The notes below the pieces were generated by a model that was not told where the DNA came from, searched no databases, and worked only from the letters and a program-made list of their open reading frames with translations. A DNA stretch of 64,000 nucleotides from an uncultured Veillonellaceae bacterium (GTDB taxonomy: Bacteria > Bacillota > Negativicutes > JARBTT01): positions 2,074,207 through 2,138,206 of the forward strand of contig CAWDTA010000002.1 of NCBI GenBank assembly GCA_963805085.1. The letters run 5' to 3'. Position numbers and translations under genes: made by a program. Positions 47,076 through 58,646 of this stretch are shown in pieces (positions within the stretch are counted from its first letter, which is position 1; every line of letters starts with the position of its first letter).

Positions 47076-47756
47076 TTGGATTTTGCATATTTAAAAAGTG
47101 TCCCGGTATTTGAAGAGTTGCCGTCGGGAGATTTAGCAATCATTGATAAAGTAACCATTGAACGTAAATATAATAAAAATGATGTGATTTTTCGGGAAGG
47201 GGAACCTGGTGAAGGTTTTCATTATGTGAAGACGGGAAAAATTAAAATTGTAAAATTATCAGCAGACGGGCGGGAACATATCATCAATGTTCTAGGACCA
47301 AGTGACGTTTTTGCGGAAGTGCTGCTCTTTAATAAAGGCCCTTATCCCGCTACCGCTGTTGCAGTGGAAGAATCTTGTGTAGGCGTAATACGAAACAGTG
47401 AACTGGAAAACGTCATTATCAGTCACCCGCATGTTGCGATGAATATTATCCAAGTGATGAGTAAAAAACTGCTGTTTGTTCAGCAGAAAATAAAATCGTT
47501 GGCATTTTCCGATAGCTATGCCAAGGTAGCACAGTCGCTAGAAAATTTAGCTTACCGCTATGGCGAAAAAACGCAGAGAGGCCTAGAAATTGATATTGAT
47601 TTTACTAGGCAGGATGTTGCCAACCTTGCTGGAACAACCAGAGAAACGGTGAGTCGAATCTTTAGTGTAATGAAAAAAGAAAAAGTGCTGGACTGGGATG
47701 AGCGAAGGATGATTGTCCTCGATCTTGTCGGTTTACGCCAGTACTATGAAACTTAA
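47076..47756 (+). CDS. Crp/Fnr-family regulator (HcpR-like)
   Basis: cNMP domain IFREGEPG; HTH TRQDVANLAGTTRETVSR; adjacent to the hcp cluster. Confidence 0.9.
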   Translation: MDFAYLKSVPVFEELPSGDLAIIDKVTIERKYNKNDVIFREGEPGEGFHYVKTGKIKIVKLSADGREHIINVLGPSDVFAEVLLFNKGPYPATAVAVEESCVGVIRNSELENVIISHPHVAMNIIQVMSKKLLFVQQKIKSLAFSDSYAKVAQSLENLAYRYGEKTQRGLEIDIDFTRQDVANLAGTTRETVSRIFSVMKKEKVLDWDERRMIVLDLVGLRQYYET

Positions 47757-47828
47757 TATAAATGAAAATGGTGCCTGCTTTTTAACTTGATGTTAAAGAG
47801 CAGGTTTTTCTTTTGAAAAATTGGGCTA

Positions 47829-47871
47829 TGTGACGCAGATCATAGTAAGGCATTTTTTTATAGAGTAATAT
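47829..47871 (+). promoter_or_regulatory. Crp/HcpR box plus -10 (class II geometry)
   Basis: TGTGA-cgcaga-TCATA; TAATAT at 47866. Confidence 0.7.
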
Positions 47872-47914
47872 AAAGTCAAGAGTTAACGAAAGCGAACGGT
47901 AAGGAGGAAAAATC

Positions 47915-48883
47915 ATGTTACCTAAAGGAGCCAATTTACAAAAAATCCGCAACGGGAAAAAAACATATGGTATCACACCGCATTTGCCGGGTGGGTTTAT
48001 CAAGCCAGAGGTGCTAGAGAAATATGCACATGTTGCCCGGAAATATAATGGGATACTAAAGCTAACCTCAGCCCAACGTATTATGGTTACCGGGTTAAAT
48101 GCTGAAGATATTGATCCTATTTGGGATGAACTAGGCATGAAGCCAGCAATTGGGTTTGCTAATTGTGTTCGCAGTGTAAAAATTTGTCCAGGCATAGCCT
48201 TTTGTAAACGCGGCAAGCAAGATAGCCTCAAACTAGGCTTGGAACTTGATCGTAGATACATAAAAAAAGAAATGCCGTCTCGTATGAAAATGGGCGTTTC
48301 CGGTTGCCCGAATTCATGCTCAGAAAGCATTATCAAAGATATTGGTGTCATTGGCACCGATGATGGCTGGGATGTTTATATGGGCGGAAGTGCCGGTTCA
48401 CACCCTAGACTTGGTGATCAGCTGATTACAGGGCTCAATTATGACGAAGCACTTAAAATAATCGATATTGTCGTAAGGTACTATCAGAAAAATGCTGAAA
48501 TAGAGCGGATCGGTCAGTTTATTGATCGGATTGGTTTGGAAAAGTTTAAAAACGATGTTTTAGCAGAGTTTGAAAATAGTACACTTTCAGAAGAGACGGC
48601 TAAATCATATGCAGAACTAGAAAAGATTGCACCACAACCTAGTGTTTTGACGGCAGGAAAGCTTGCGACTGGTGCCAGCATTGATGAAGACAGTATTATT
48701 GCTGATATCATCAAGGTATATCCTCAAACCATTCCGGTACTTCGGACTTTTGGTATGGGATGTCTCGGTTGTCCATCCGCTACGGGCGAGGCTTTAAAGA
48801 AGGCTGCTGATATTCATGGAATTGATGTGAAAGAGCTTGTTACAGAATTAAATAAAAGTTGTCAGGAAGGGGAAAAAATATGA
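47915..48883 (+). CDS. Nitrite/sulfite-reductase 4Fe-4S domain protein fused to a C-terminal DUF1858 (Hcp-associated CxxC) domain
   Basis: KLTSAQR, CPGIAFC, SGCPNSC; C-terminal GMGCLGCPSATGEAL. Confidence 0.85.
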   Translation: MLPKGANLQKIRNGKKTYGITPHLPGGFIKPEVLEKYAHVARKYNGILKLTSAQRIMVTGLNAEDIDPIWDELGMKPAIGFANCVRSVKICPGIAFCKRGKQDSLKLGLELDRRYIKKEMPSRMKMGVSGCPNSCSESIIKDIGVIGTDDGWDVYMGGSAGSHPRLGDQLITGLNYDEALKIIDIVVRYYQKNAEIERIGQFIDRIGLEKFKNDVLAEFENSTLSEETAKSYAELEKIAPQPSVLTAGKLATGASIDEDSIIADIIKVYPQTIPVLRTFGMGCLGCPSATGEALKKAADIHGIDVKELVTELNKSCQEGEKI

Positions 48884-49539
48884 GCGCATTTATTGGTCCA
48901 GTTCATTATTGGTTATATGGGAAAATTAAAGTAGTGAGTGAGCGGGAGGAATATATTTTTAATAAGGCTCATGAAATGTGCGGTTCTACCGCTGAAGAAC
49001 TAAGAGAAACAGTTTGGCAAACCTATGGGGCACCACTACCGGATACTGATCTTGGTGATTTGATTGACCATGACAATATCCATGGGTGGCTACATCGTCA
49101 GATTCAGATTGCTGAATCTCGGGAAGCCGCTTTTATCAAAGAATTGGTTGATCTATGTGGTGTTCAGAGTATGATTGAGCAGAGCTTTGTTGAACATGGA
49201 AAAATTACAGGTGAGCTAGCTAAAGCATCTGGAAAACAGGCAGTAAGTGATGCTCTTGGTATCTACCAAGCCTTAGGTGACTATTATTTAAACGGCATGC
49301 CTTGTGATCAAGGCGATATGATTGTGTTATCAGAGGAAGCAAAGGTTGTTTGGGAAGTCAGTGACTGCTTGCAGGAACCAAACTGGAAACGCGCAGGAGT
49401 TGACCTTGCTTTGATGATGAAGCTTTATCAAAGTTGGGTGCAAGCCTTTGTGAATGGAGTCAATGCAGCGTATAGTTTTAGGCAAGTAAAGCAGGCTGAT
49501 GAGCGTGTTGTAAGATACGAAATTTATAAGATAGGTTAA
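48880..49539 (+). CDS. Conserved hypothetical protein of hcp neighbourhoods
   Basis: MSAFIGPVHYWLYGKI, IDHDNIHGWL, LNGMPCD; ATGA overlap with upstream gene. Confidence 0.75.
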   Translation: MSAFIGPVHYWLYGKIKVVSEREEYIFNKAHEMCGSTAEELRETVWQTYGAPLPDTDLGDLIDHDNIHGWLHRQIQIAESREAAFIKELVDLCGVQSMIEQSFVEHGKITGELAKASGKQAVSDALGIYQALGDYYLNGMPCDQGDMIVLSEEAKVVWEVSDCLQEPNWKRAGVDLALMMKLYQSWVQAFVNGVNAAYSFRQVKQADERVVRYEIYKIG

Positions 49540-49588
49540 GTTTAATCATGTTGGAAGATATGAATCTGATGCCAGAAAAATACGACGC

Positions 49589-49631
49589 TGTGATGGCGGT
49601 CACATGCAATAGCTTCCGTTCTTGTTAAAAT
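49589..49631 (+). promoter_or_regulatory. Crp/HcpR box plus -10 for hcp
   Basis: Perfect TGTGA-N6-TCACA; TAAAAT at 49626, same spacing as the 47829 site. Confidence 0.8.
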
Positions 49632-49676
49632 GAAATCAAATAAATTTAATGATGCTTTAATGCAAAGGAGATAAAT

Positions 49677-51395
49677 ATGTCAATGTTTTGTTATCAATGT
49701 CAAGAAACAGCTAAAGGTACTGGTTGCACCATGCGCGGTGTTTGTGGAAAAACGGCTGATGTGGCCAATCTCCAAGACCTGCTGATTTATACACTTAAAG
49801 GAATCTCAGTTTATACACTTGAGGCGCATAAGGCTGGTATTGCTACACCGAAAGCTGATAAGTTCATTATGGAAGGCTTGTTTGTTACCATTACCAATGC
49901 TAATTTTGATAAGGAGCACTTTATTGGACTGATTAAACAGGCGTTAGAAGTGCGTGAAGAGGTCAAGGACGCTTTACTAAAAGCTGGCAAGAAAGTGGAT
50001 GCCGCTGATGAAAGTAGTAAATCAGTATGGCAGAAGCTAACTGGATGGTTGACTGCCGGAGAAGAGAAAGAAGCTTTTCATGACAGCACGCAATGGTTTG
50101 CCAATCATGGCGCAGCGTTTGAAGAAAAGGCTGCCAAAGTTGGAATTTTAGCGACTGTCAATGAAGATGTTCGTTCACTTCGTGAGCTTCTTACGTATGG
50201 GGTAAAAGGGATGGCTGCTTATGCTGAGCACGCTTTTACACTAGGGTATAAGGATGATGCTATTTTTGCCTTTATCGAAAAAGCGCTGGCTGCTACACTC
50301 AATGATAAGCTAAGTGCTGATGAATTGGTGGCACTCGTAATGGAATGTGGAAAATACGGTGTGGATGTTATGGCTATGCTTGATAAAGCCAATACTACCA
50401 CTTATGGAAATCCGGAAATTACTAAGGTCAATATTGGTGTGAGAAACAACCCAGGTATTCTGATCAGTGGTCATGATTTAAAAGATCTGGAAGAATTGCT
50501 TGAACAAACAAAGGGCAGTGGCGTAGATGTATATACCCACGGGGAAATGCTGCCAGCTCATTACTATCCAGCCTTTAAGAAATATGAAAACTTTGCGGGC
50601 AATTACGGTAATGCTTGGTGGTTGCAGGACAAAGAATTTGAAACTTTCAACGGCCCGATTCTGATGACTACAAACTGTTTGGTACCACCAAAGGACAGCT
50701 ATAAAGACCGTGTGTATGTGACTGGTGTAGTTGGCTTTGCAGGTCTGAAAAAAATCGGTGAACGGACAAACGGCAAACCGAAAGATTTTTCCGCACTAAT
50801 TGCTCACGCGAAACAGCGCCCATCGCCTAAGTCTTTGGAGCAAGGCGAGATTGTCGGCGGATTTGCACACAACCAGGTTTTAGCTCTGGCTGATAAGGTT
50901 GTAGCTGCAGTGAAAAGTGGCGCGATTAAACGTTTCTTTGTTATGGCTGGCTGTGATGGCCGGATGAAGGGCAGAGATTATTATGCTGAATTTGCTGAAA
51001 AACTGCCTAAAGATACGATAATATTGACAGCGGGCTGCGCAAAATATCGCTATAATAAACTTCAGTTAGGTGATATCGGCGGTATTCCACGCGTACTTGA
51101 TGCGGGTCAATGTAATGACTCCTATTCATTGGCTGTTATTGCCTTAAAATTAAAAGAGGTTTTCGGTTTGGATGATGTCAATGAATTACCGATATCATAC
51201 AATATTGCTTGGTATGAACAAAAAGCTGTTATCGTGCTTTTAGCACTGTTATATCTTGGTGTGAAAAATATCCACCTTGGTCCAACGTTACCTGCCTTTC
51301 TTTCACCAAATGTTGCCAAAGTCCTTATAGAAAAATTCGGCATTGGCGGCATCACTACTCCTGATGAAGATATCAAGATGTTCATGACGAAATAA
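49677..51395 (+). CDS. hcp: Hybrid cluster protein (hydroxylamine/NO reductase)
   Basis: [53 protein letters not shown]. Confidence 0.97.
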   Translation: MSMFCYQCQETAKGTGCTMRGVCGKTADVANLQDLLIYTLKGISVYTLEAHKAGIATPKADKFIMEGLFVTITNANFDKEHFIGLIKQALEVREEVKDALLKAGKKVDAADESSKSVWQKLTGWLTAGEEKEAFHDSTQWFANHGAAFEEKAAKVGILATVNEDVRSLRELLTYGVKGMAAYAEHAFTLGYKDDAIFAFIEKALAATLNDKLSADELVALVMECGKYGVDVMAMLDKANTTTYGNPEITKVNIGVRNNPGILISGHDLKDLEELLEQTKGSGVDVYTHGEMLPAHYYPAFKKYENFAGNYGNAWWLQDKEFETFNGPILMTTNCLVPPKDSYKDRVYVTGVVGFAGLKKIGERTNGKPKDFSALIAHAKQRPSPKSLEQGEIVGGFAHNQVLALADKVVAAVKSGAIKRFFVMAGCDGRMKGRDYYAEFAEKLPKDTIILTAGCAKYRYNKLQLGDIGGIPRVLDAGQCNDSYSLAVIALKLKEVFGLDDVNELPISYNIAWYEQKAVIVLLALLYLGVKNIHLGPTLPAFLSPNVAKVLIEKFGIGGITTPDEDIKMFMTK

Positions 51396-51416
51396 TGATT
51401 AAGATTTAACATATAA

Positions 51417-51457
51417 AGAGTTCGCCTAAACGTAATGTTTAGGCGAACTCTTTTTTG
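51417..51457 (+). terminator. Intrinsic terminator
   Basis: agagttcgcctaaac / gtttaggcgaactct plus T-tract. Confidence 0.85.
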
Positions 51458-51554
51458 AGATAAAGTAACGTTTCTTCCCAAGAGAAGATATTGTATAATA
51501 TTTCATTAAATGTTACTATAGGGTAGTTATTTTACGCTATTAGGGGGATATAGA

Positions 51555-52307
51555 ATGAGAATTAAAAAATATGTTGTTGTGTGTGCAGTAGTAATGATGG
51601 TCTTTGGCTCGATGATAGGTACAACCTATGGTGCGCCAAGCGAAGAAGGAAAGAAAGATTGGAATATTTCATTTTTGGGGACCATGCAAGTTCCAGATCA
51701 ATTGGAAATTGTGGATGGCAAAGATGTTATTGTAGAAATGGTGAAGATAGATGAAAAAGCGAAGAAAGCTCATCCAGTAGAAGCGACGACTCCTAAGGCT
51801 AAGACTTTCTCACCGCAAGATATTACGGAAGCCTTTGAAAAGAATAATATCGGTGTTTATCAGTTTGCCCTAAAAAATCATGGTAGCTATAATACTGCTT
51901 TTGTTTTTGTTGGTAAATTACCTGCGCAGTATAATACAAATGGTGTAACCTTCTTTGAAACATTGAAAAACATGAATCGGCAAAAGCAAGAAGAATTACA
52001 TAAAATGATTCTCAAGGGAATTGGTGACGTATATACCAAAGATCCTGAGTTAAAGAATGCCTTTGACTTGGAAATACTTGAATTTTATCCATTTAAACAG
52101 ATAGACAATGAAAATGCCAAAATTATCAGTGTTGGGGGCAGTTTAGCTGTGCGGACATTTAAACTGGTTCAGCCGTTTGCATTTAAAACTTATATAGTTA
52201 ATAGAAATTCCGAAATATATATTTTCACTATATTGAACTCGGGATCTGATCGCAAAATATGGGATGGAATGACGAAAGAAATGCTAAAAACAGCACAATG
52301 GAAGTGA
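51555..52307 (+). CDS. Secreted hypothetical protein
   Basis: Signal-peptide-like N-terminus; SD AGGGGG; terminator at 52340-52374. Confidence 0.75.
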   Translation: MRIKKYVVVCAVVMMVFGSMIGTTYGAPSEEGKKDWNISFLGTMQVPDQLEIVDGKDVIVEMVKIDEKAKKAHPVEATTPKAKTFSPQDITEAFEKNNIGVYQFALKNHGSYNTAFVFVGKLPAQYNTNGVTFFETLKNMNRQKQEELHKMILKGIGDVYTKDPELKNAFDLEILEFYPFKQIDNENAKIISVGGSLAVRTFKLVQPFAFKTYIVNRNSEIYIFTILNSGSDRKIWDGMTKEMLKTAQWK

Positions 52308-52436
52308 CGATAAAAAGATAAAATTTTATAATAGAGTGGAAAAGCCAGCTAAACTTAAAATTAGCTGGCTTTTCACTTCAAGTAAACAAAGAAATCCATC
52401 TGATATTAAAGCATTGGTTTTTTTTACTAAGCTTTA

Positions 52437-52501
52437 TTGACACAAATAATAAGGAATACTATAATATAACATATGAACAGTTGATAATATGTTCATATGT
52501 T
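52437..52501 (+). promoter_or_regulatory. Consensus sigma-A promoter with ArsR/SmtB-type operator
   Basis: TTGACA-17-TATAAT; aacatatgaaca-N10-tgttcatatgtt perfect 12-bp arms. Confidence 0.8.
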
Positions 52502-52596
52502 ATATTAACGAATAGGTAGTATTTATCGTATATTTAATCAAGGATTACTTCGTATAGGTGAAAAGAAATAAAGTAGTGATGGGAGCGATTGTGATT

Positions 52597-54737
52597 ATGG
52601 AAAAGGCGTTTGAAGAAAATATTAAGAAGGTATTCATTCTAGAAGGACTTGGCTGTGCTAATTGCGCTGCGAAGATAGAAAGAGAATCAAATAATATTGA
52701 TGGGGTAAAATCTGCTGTAGTAGATTTTGTTGCTACTAAACTTATCATGGAAATAAATAGCCTTGCTAAACAAGATGTAATTATTGAAAAAGTGAAAGAA
52801 ATAGTAAAAAGAATTGAACCAGATGTTAAAGTAATTGAAAATCAGAGTAAGATAGCAAGCAACAATACTCATGACCATGTTCATGGTGAATCTAACAAGG
52901 CGGATCTAATTAGGATTGCTATTGGTGCAGCAATCTTTGGAATAGCAACTGCTATACAAGTTTTCTAGTTCTATAGAACTAAGTCTTTATTTGATAAGCT
53001 ATGTACTTATAGGTGGAGAAGTAGTTTTAAGAGCTTTAAAGAATATAGGCAGAGGTCAAGTATTTGATGAAAATTTCCTTATGAGTATAGCAACTATTGG
53101 AGCTTTTGCTATTGGCCAATATCCAGAAGGTGTAGCAGTTATGCTTTTTTATCAGATAGGAGAAATGTTCCAAGAATTGCTGTGAATCATTCAAGAAAAT
53201 CTATTACAGCCCTTATGGATATAAGACCTGATTTTGCGAATTTAAAAATTGGTGACGATATGAAAAAAGTATTCCAGAAGAAGTTAGTATAGGTAGATAT
53301 TATAGTAGTAAAACCAGGGGAAAAAGTTCCGCTAGATGGTAAAGTAATTGAAGGAAATTCAATGGTAGATACTTCTGCTTTAACTGGTGAGTCAGTTCCT
53401 AGAGAAGTAGCGGTAGGAGATAATATTTTAGGTGGAGTTATTAATAAAAATGGACTTTTAACAATAGAAGTAGAAAAAGAGTTTGGAGATTCGACTGTTG
53501 CAAAGATATTGGATTTAGTTCAAAATGCAAGTAGTAAAAAAGCTCCAACAGAAAATTTTATAACAAAGTTTGCTAGATATTATACACCAATTGTTGTTTT
53601 TTCAGCATTAGCTATTAGCTATAATACCACCACTTGTTATAGAAGGAGCAACATTTTCACAGTGGATTATATAGAGCATTGGCATTTTTAGTAGTATCTT
53701 GTCCTTGTGCTTTAGTTGTATCTATACCACTTGGATTCTTTGGAGGAATAGGTGGAGCATCAAAAAATGGAATACTCGTTAAGGGTGGAAATTATCTTGA
53801 GGCATTAAATAATGTTGAAATTGTTGTATTTGATAAAACAGGAACACTTACAAAAGGTGTATTTAAAGTAACGGAAATAAACCCAGAAAATAATATTTCA
53901 AAGGATGAACTTATAACGTATGCAGCTTATGCAGAAAGTTATTCTAATCATCCGATAGCTACTTCTATATTAAAGGCTTATGGCAAAGAAATAGCTAAGG
54001 ATAAAGTAGAGAAATTATGAAGAAATATCAGGCCATGGGATTAAAGTTATTGTTGAAAGACAGAGAAGTACTAGCTGGTAATTATAAATTAATGGATAAA
54101 GAGAATATATGCTTATAACAGGTTGAGACTATAGGTACTGTAGTTCATGTTGCGATAGATAAAGAATATGCAGGGTATATAGTAATATCGGATGAGATAA
54201 AAGAAGATTCAGTAAAAGCAATTAAAGCTTTAAAATCCATGGGGGTTAAGAAAACAGTAATGCTTACAGGTGATAATAAAGCTGTTGGAACTAAGGTTGC
54301 TAAAGAATTAGGGATAGATGAAGTTTATGCGGAATTATTCCCAGATCAAAAGGTTGAAAAAGTAGAATCGCTAGATAAAGAAAAATCAACAAAAGGTAAG
54401 TTAATATTTGTAGGTGATGGAATAAATGATGCTCCTGTTTTAGCTAGAGCTGATATAGGTATAGCAATGGGCGGCGTTGGTTCTGATGCAGCAATTGAAG
54501 CTGCTGACGTAGTGATAATGACGGATGAACCTTCAAAGATTGCTACAGCTATAAAAATAGCGAAAAAAACAAGACGTATAGTAATGCAAAATATAGTCTT
54601 TGCATTAGGGATTAAACTTGTTTTATTAGTTTTTATAGCCATTGGTATTGGGTACTATGTGGGAAGCGGTATTTGGCGATGTTGGAGTAGCATTGCTTGC
54701 AGTACTAAACTCTATGCGAGCTATGAAAAATGATTAA
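52597..54737 (+). pseudogene. cadA: Heavy-metal (Zn/Cd/Pb) P1B ATPase, multiply frameshifted
   Basis: Fragments carry GLGCANCA HMA, TGES, SCPCAL, DKTGTLT, SNHP, MLTGD and GDGINDAP across several frames. Confidence 0.9.
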
Positions 54738-55065
54738 TATAAGCTTATGAGATTGTACTAAAAAACGGCAGGGTATCCATGGAGTTTGGTATGCCTGCGC
54801 CTTGTAACGGTATCATAAATTAGAACCCACGAATTTCGTGGGTTTTTTGCATTGTGTGGTTTTAGAAAGATAAAAATTCAGTACAGTAATTTTGGAAAAA
54901 TTTATCTGGTTGTAGATTTAAAATGGTTGGTATATACTGGATATATAGCGGAATATATTTAGATGATAAAGGAGTTGAGCTATGGAGGTATTGTATAGTG
55001 CATCCAAAAAGTTGACAATGGGGATGTTTGATCAAATTTGCATGACCTGAAGGGAAGGAGATAAC

Positions 55066-57084
55066 ATGAACTATTTTATGTACTCTATCGCCGCCGGAAT
55101 GATTGGATTAATTTTTGCATATTTTTTAGCGAATGGTATTACCAAAGAGTATCCCGGCAACGAACGTATGCGGGAGATTGCCTCTTATATACATGAAGGC
55201 GCGATGGCGTTTTTGCATCGGGAATACCGTTACTTGGTTGTATTCGTGGCAATCGTTTTTAGTGTTTTAACAATATGTATTGGCTGGAAAACTGCGATTT
55301 GTTTCCTTGGTGGGGCTTTATGTTCAGTTCTTGCAGGTTATTTTGGTATGCGGGTGGCAACCAAGGCTAACGTGCGTACTACTGAGGCTGCTAGACAGGG
55401 GATGAGCAAAGCAATTAAAATCGCGTTTTCTGGTGGTGCCGTTATGGGCATGTCGGTTGCAGGCCTAGGTGTAGTCGGTCTGGGAACGTTATTTATTTTA
55501 TTTAGTCAGGACATAACAGCAATTACTGGGTTCGGTCTTGGTGCTAGTTCAATTGCATTGTTTGCGCGTGTTGGTGGCGGCATTTATACCAAAGCTGCTG
55601 ACGTAGGCGCTGATTTGGTTGGTAAAATTGAGGCCGGAATCCCTGAGGATGATCCTCGTAATCCGGCAGTAATCGCCGATAATGTGGGAGATAATGTTGG
55701 TGATGTCGCTGGCATGGGGGCGGATTTGTTTGAGTCTTATGTGGGCGCGATCATCTCGGCACTTACCCTTGGAGCGATCCTTTATCAACATGGTGAAGGG
55801 ATTATCTTCCCGTTTGCACTGAGTGCGTGTGGAGTCCTAGCTTGTATCATTGGTGTTCTGATAGGCCGTGAAAGCAAAGGCGATAACCCGCAGGCAGCGC
55901 TAAATCTCGGAACCTATGTCGCGGGTGGAATTACGATGGTTGCTGCAGGTTTTCTCAGTCAGATGATTTTTGGTGATTTGAATGCTTTTTGGGCGCTCAC
56001 TGCTGGTTTGGTTGCTGGCATGGCGATTGGTAAAGTAACCGAAATTTATACTTCAGGTGACCATAGTCACGTCCGTAAAATTGCAAAGTCAGCTGAAACT
56101 GGACCTGCGACTACTATAATTTCTGGCCTTGCAGTCGGTATGTACTCGACGATGTGGCCAATGATCTTCATGGTTGTCGGTATGTTGGCCTCTTTCTATG
56201 CCATGGGCGGTGCGCAGGATGCGATGCTTGGTCTTTATGGGATTGCACTCGCAGCAGTGGGAATGCTCTCTACTACTGGTATTACGGTGGCAGTTGATGC
56301 TTATGGACCAATATCTGACAACGCCGGTGGTATTGCGGAGATGGCTGGACTGCCGCACTCCGTACGAGAAGTTACTGATAAACTGGATGCAGTCGGGAAT
56401 ACTACCGCTGCAATCGCCAAAGGATTCGCCATCGGGTCTGCAGCCTTAACCGCACTTGCACTGTTTGCATCTTATGCACAGGCTGTTGAACTGAAGACCA
56501 TTAATTTACTTGAGCCTACGACCCTTGCAGGTCTGCTGCTCGGTGCTATGATCCCCTTCGTGTTTGCAGCGATGACAATGGAAGCTGTGGGCGCAGCAGC
56601 CTTTGAAATGATTGAGGAGGTACGACGTCAGTTCCGGGAAATTCCAGGTCTACTGGAAGGCACAGCGAAGGCTGACTATAAGAAATGCGTGGATATTTCT
56701 ACCGGAGCTGCTTTAAATAAGATGCTAGTTCCAGGTGGTCTGGCGGTTGTTTTGCCAATTTTAGTTGGCCTTTTACTCGGTGCAGGTGCTCTCGCTGGCT
56801 TTATCGCTGGTGCGGTGGTAACAGGCGTGCTCGTAGCCATTTTTATGGCGAATGCCGGTGGTGCTTGGGACAACGCTAAAAAATATATTGAGGGTGGGGA
56901 GCATGGTGGTAAAGGCAGTTCAGCGCATATGGCGGCTGTCGTTGGCGACACCGTAGGTGACCCGTTCAAGGACACATCAGGTCCAGCGATGAATATCCTG
57001 ATCAAACTCATGACAATTGTCGCATTGGTATTTGCTCCGATAATTTTAAGCTATGGCGGTCTATTTCTGAAACTAATAAAATAG
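55066..57084 (+). CDS. hppA: K+-dependent (probably Na+-translocating) membrane pyrophosphatase
   Basis: [33 protein letters not shown] (Ala = K+-dependent), [14 protein letters not shown]. Confidence 0.95.
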   Translation: MNYFMYSIAAGMIGLIFAYFLANGITKEYPGNERMREIASYIHEGAMAFLHREYRYLVVFVAIVFSVLTICIGWKTAICFLGGALCSVLAGYFGMRVATKANVRTTEAARQGMSKAIKIAFSGGAVMGMSVAGLGVVGLGTLFILFSQDITAITGFGLGASSIALFARVGGGIYTKAADVGADLVGKIEAGIPEDDPRNPAVIADNVGDNVGDVAGMGADLFESYVGAIISALTLGAILYQHGEGIIFPFALSACGVLACIIGVLIGRESKGDNPQAALNLGTYVAGGITMVAAGFLSQMIFGDLNAFWALTAGLVAGMAIGKVTEIYTSGDHSHVRKIAKSAETGPATTIISGLAVGMYSTMWPMIFMVVGMLASFYAMGGAQDAMLGLYGIALAAVGMLSTTGITVAVDAYGPISDNAGGIAEMAGLPHSVREVTDKLDAVGNTTAAIAKGFAIGSAALTALALFASYAQAVELKTINLLEPTTLAGLLLGAMIPFVFAAMTMEAVGAAAFEMIEEVRRQFREIPGLLEGTAKADYKKCVDISTGAALNKMLVPGGLAVVLPILVGLLLGAGALAGFIAGAVVTGVLVAIFMANAGGAWDNAKKYIEGGEHGGKGSSAHMAAVVGDTVGDPFKDTSGPAMNILIKLMTIVALVFAPIILSYGGLFLKLIK

Positions 57085-57165
57085 TGAAGTGTGGGCTACT
57101 TATATTCTTTCTGGGCTTATTCGATAAAATTCGATTAAGAAATAAGGTAAGGTATTGCCTGGGAA

Positions 57166-57204
57166 ATAAAACTGGCACTATATACAGTGTCAGTTTTATT
57201 TTTT
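57166..57204 (+). terminator. Intrinsic terminator
   Basis: aaataaaactggcact / agtgtcagttttattt. Confidence 0.75.
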
Positions 57205-57489
57205 GATGTATTCATTCTTAGGATATAGTGGCCAGAAGGTCCTAAAAAATGAGCGTACGTTTAAGGAATCTTTTTAATTAGACTTTAGTTTCCAAAATAA
57301 GGAGAACATACAATGCAGGAAAAAAGGGGGCAGTTAACGAAACGATATATAGTATAAAATAAAATTTTCTATTTAAGTTGCATAAAAGATAGTGTATTAC
57401 ATAATTTTCCAATCAACAAGATAGAAAGAATACTTGATTAGGTAATTTTACGTATTCATTGCAACTTATGTATATTATGGGAGGAAACA

Positions 57490-58518
57490 ATGCTTGATTT
57501 TTTTACTGAAATAGGAATCAAAATCATAAACGGCGGCTTCAAAGTGCATTTGGTGGTTTACTTCATTAGTTTAGCGTTAGGCATCATCATACTCCGGTTG
57601 GTATTTTCTAAACTGCTTAAAATAATTGCAAGAAAAACAAATATCTCTTATTCCCTGCTGCAGCAAACATTTAGGGGAATACCTACGTTGTTGGGCATTC
57701 TCATTGGCCTCTACGCTGCTATGGAAATCCTGACAATTCCGCCGCGGCCGCTACTATTTCTCCAAAGGTTGTTCCACTCTATTGTCATTCTGTCCCTGAC
57801 CCTCATGGTCGCGCATCTGGGCTCCGGTTATCTTAAGCATAAGCTCGGGAAAACATCCGAAAACTTCGCTTCCACTTCGATCTTAGTCACAACAATTGAC
57901 CTGACCGTTTACGCCATCGGCATATTGTTTTTGCTTGAATCTTTCGGAGTTTCGATCTCTCCGTTGATCACCGCTTTGGGCGTTGGCGGCTTGGCTACCG
58001 CTTTGGCGCTGCAGGACACTTTGGCGAATTTATTTTCCGGCATCAACATTCTGGTGTCCAAACAAATCAAGATGGGTGACTTCGTTAAACTGTCGACCGG
58101 CGAAGAGGGCCATGTAGTGGACATGAACTGGCGCAATACCACAATAAAAACTCCCACTGAGAACATGGTGGTCGTACCCAACCAAAAAATTGCTTCATCT
58201 ATAATCACCAATTATGCACAACCGTTTGCTGAATGTTCCATCTCCATCCCCATAGGAGTCAGTTATGGAAGTGATTTGGATCATGTGGAAAAAGTTACTG
58301 CCGCGGTTGCAAAAGAAATTCTCCAAGAAACCGAGGGAGGCGTCAAAAGTTTTGAACCGTTTATCCGGTACGGCAGTTTTGCCGAGTCCAGTATTAACTT
58401 CAATGTTATCCTGCGGGTAAAGACCGTAACGGACCAGCACCTCATCCGCCACGAATTCATCAAGAGAATTTATGTGCGTTACCAACAGGAAGGAATAATA
58501 ATTTCGTTCCAGAAATGA
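57490..58518 (+). CDS. mscS: Small-conductance mechanosensitive channel (MscS family)
   Basis: LGVGGLATALALQDTLANLFSG, GDFV, VVVPN, GVSYGSD. Confidence 0.92.
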   Translation: MLDFFTEIGIKIINGGFKVHLVVYFISLALGIIILRLVFSKLLKIIARKTNISYSLLQQTFRGIPTLLGILIGLYAAMEILTIPPRPLLFLQRLFHSIVILSLTLMVAHLGSGYLKHKLGKTSENFASTSILVTTIDLTVYAIGILFLLESFGVSISPLITALGVGGLATALALQDTLANLFSGINILVSKQIKMGDFVKLSTGEEGHVVDMNWRNTTIKTPTENMVVVPNQKIASSIITNYAQPFAECSISIPIGVSYGSDLDHVEKVTAAVAKEILQETEGGVKSFEPFIRYGSFAESSINFNVILRVKTVTDQHLIRHEFIKRIYVRYQQEGIIISFQK

Positions 58519-58589
58519 ACGGTCAATTTGGAGCAGGTATAAACTGACGGTTTTCTTTAACTTAAATTATAATGAGTGTGTAGAGAATT

Positions 58590-58643
58590 AAAAAGACCTA
58601 TTGGATTTTTTATGGTTGAATAAAAAATCTAATAGGTCTTTTT
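58590..58643. terminator. Bidirectional terminator
   Basis: aaaaagacctattggatttttt / aaaaaatctaataggtcttttt. Confidence 0.8.
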
Positions 58644-58646
58644 ATG

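Noticed and set aside
52597-54737. Programmed frameshifting or a split multi-gene ATPase
   Set aside because: Too many irregular shifts, no consistent slippery sites and no internal SD-start pairs
54940-55065. Na+ or other riboswitch upstream of hppA
   Set aside because: No recognisable aptamer consensus or leader terminator by eye; an Infernal/Rfam scan would be needed
55549-57011. Several minus-strand and alternate-frame ORFs inside hppA
   Set aside because: Shadow ORFs within a conserved gene, with no motifs; the same applies to most 60-120 aa overlapping ORFs in the track
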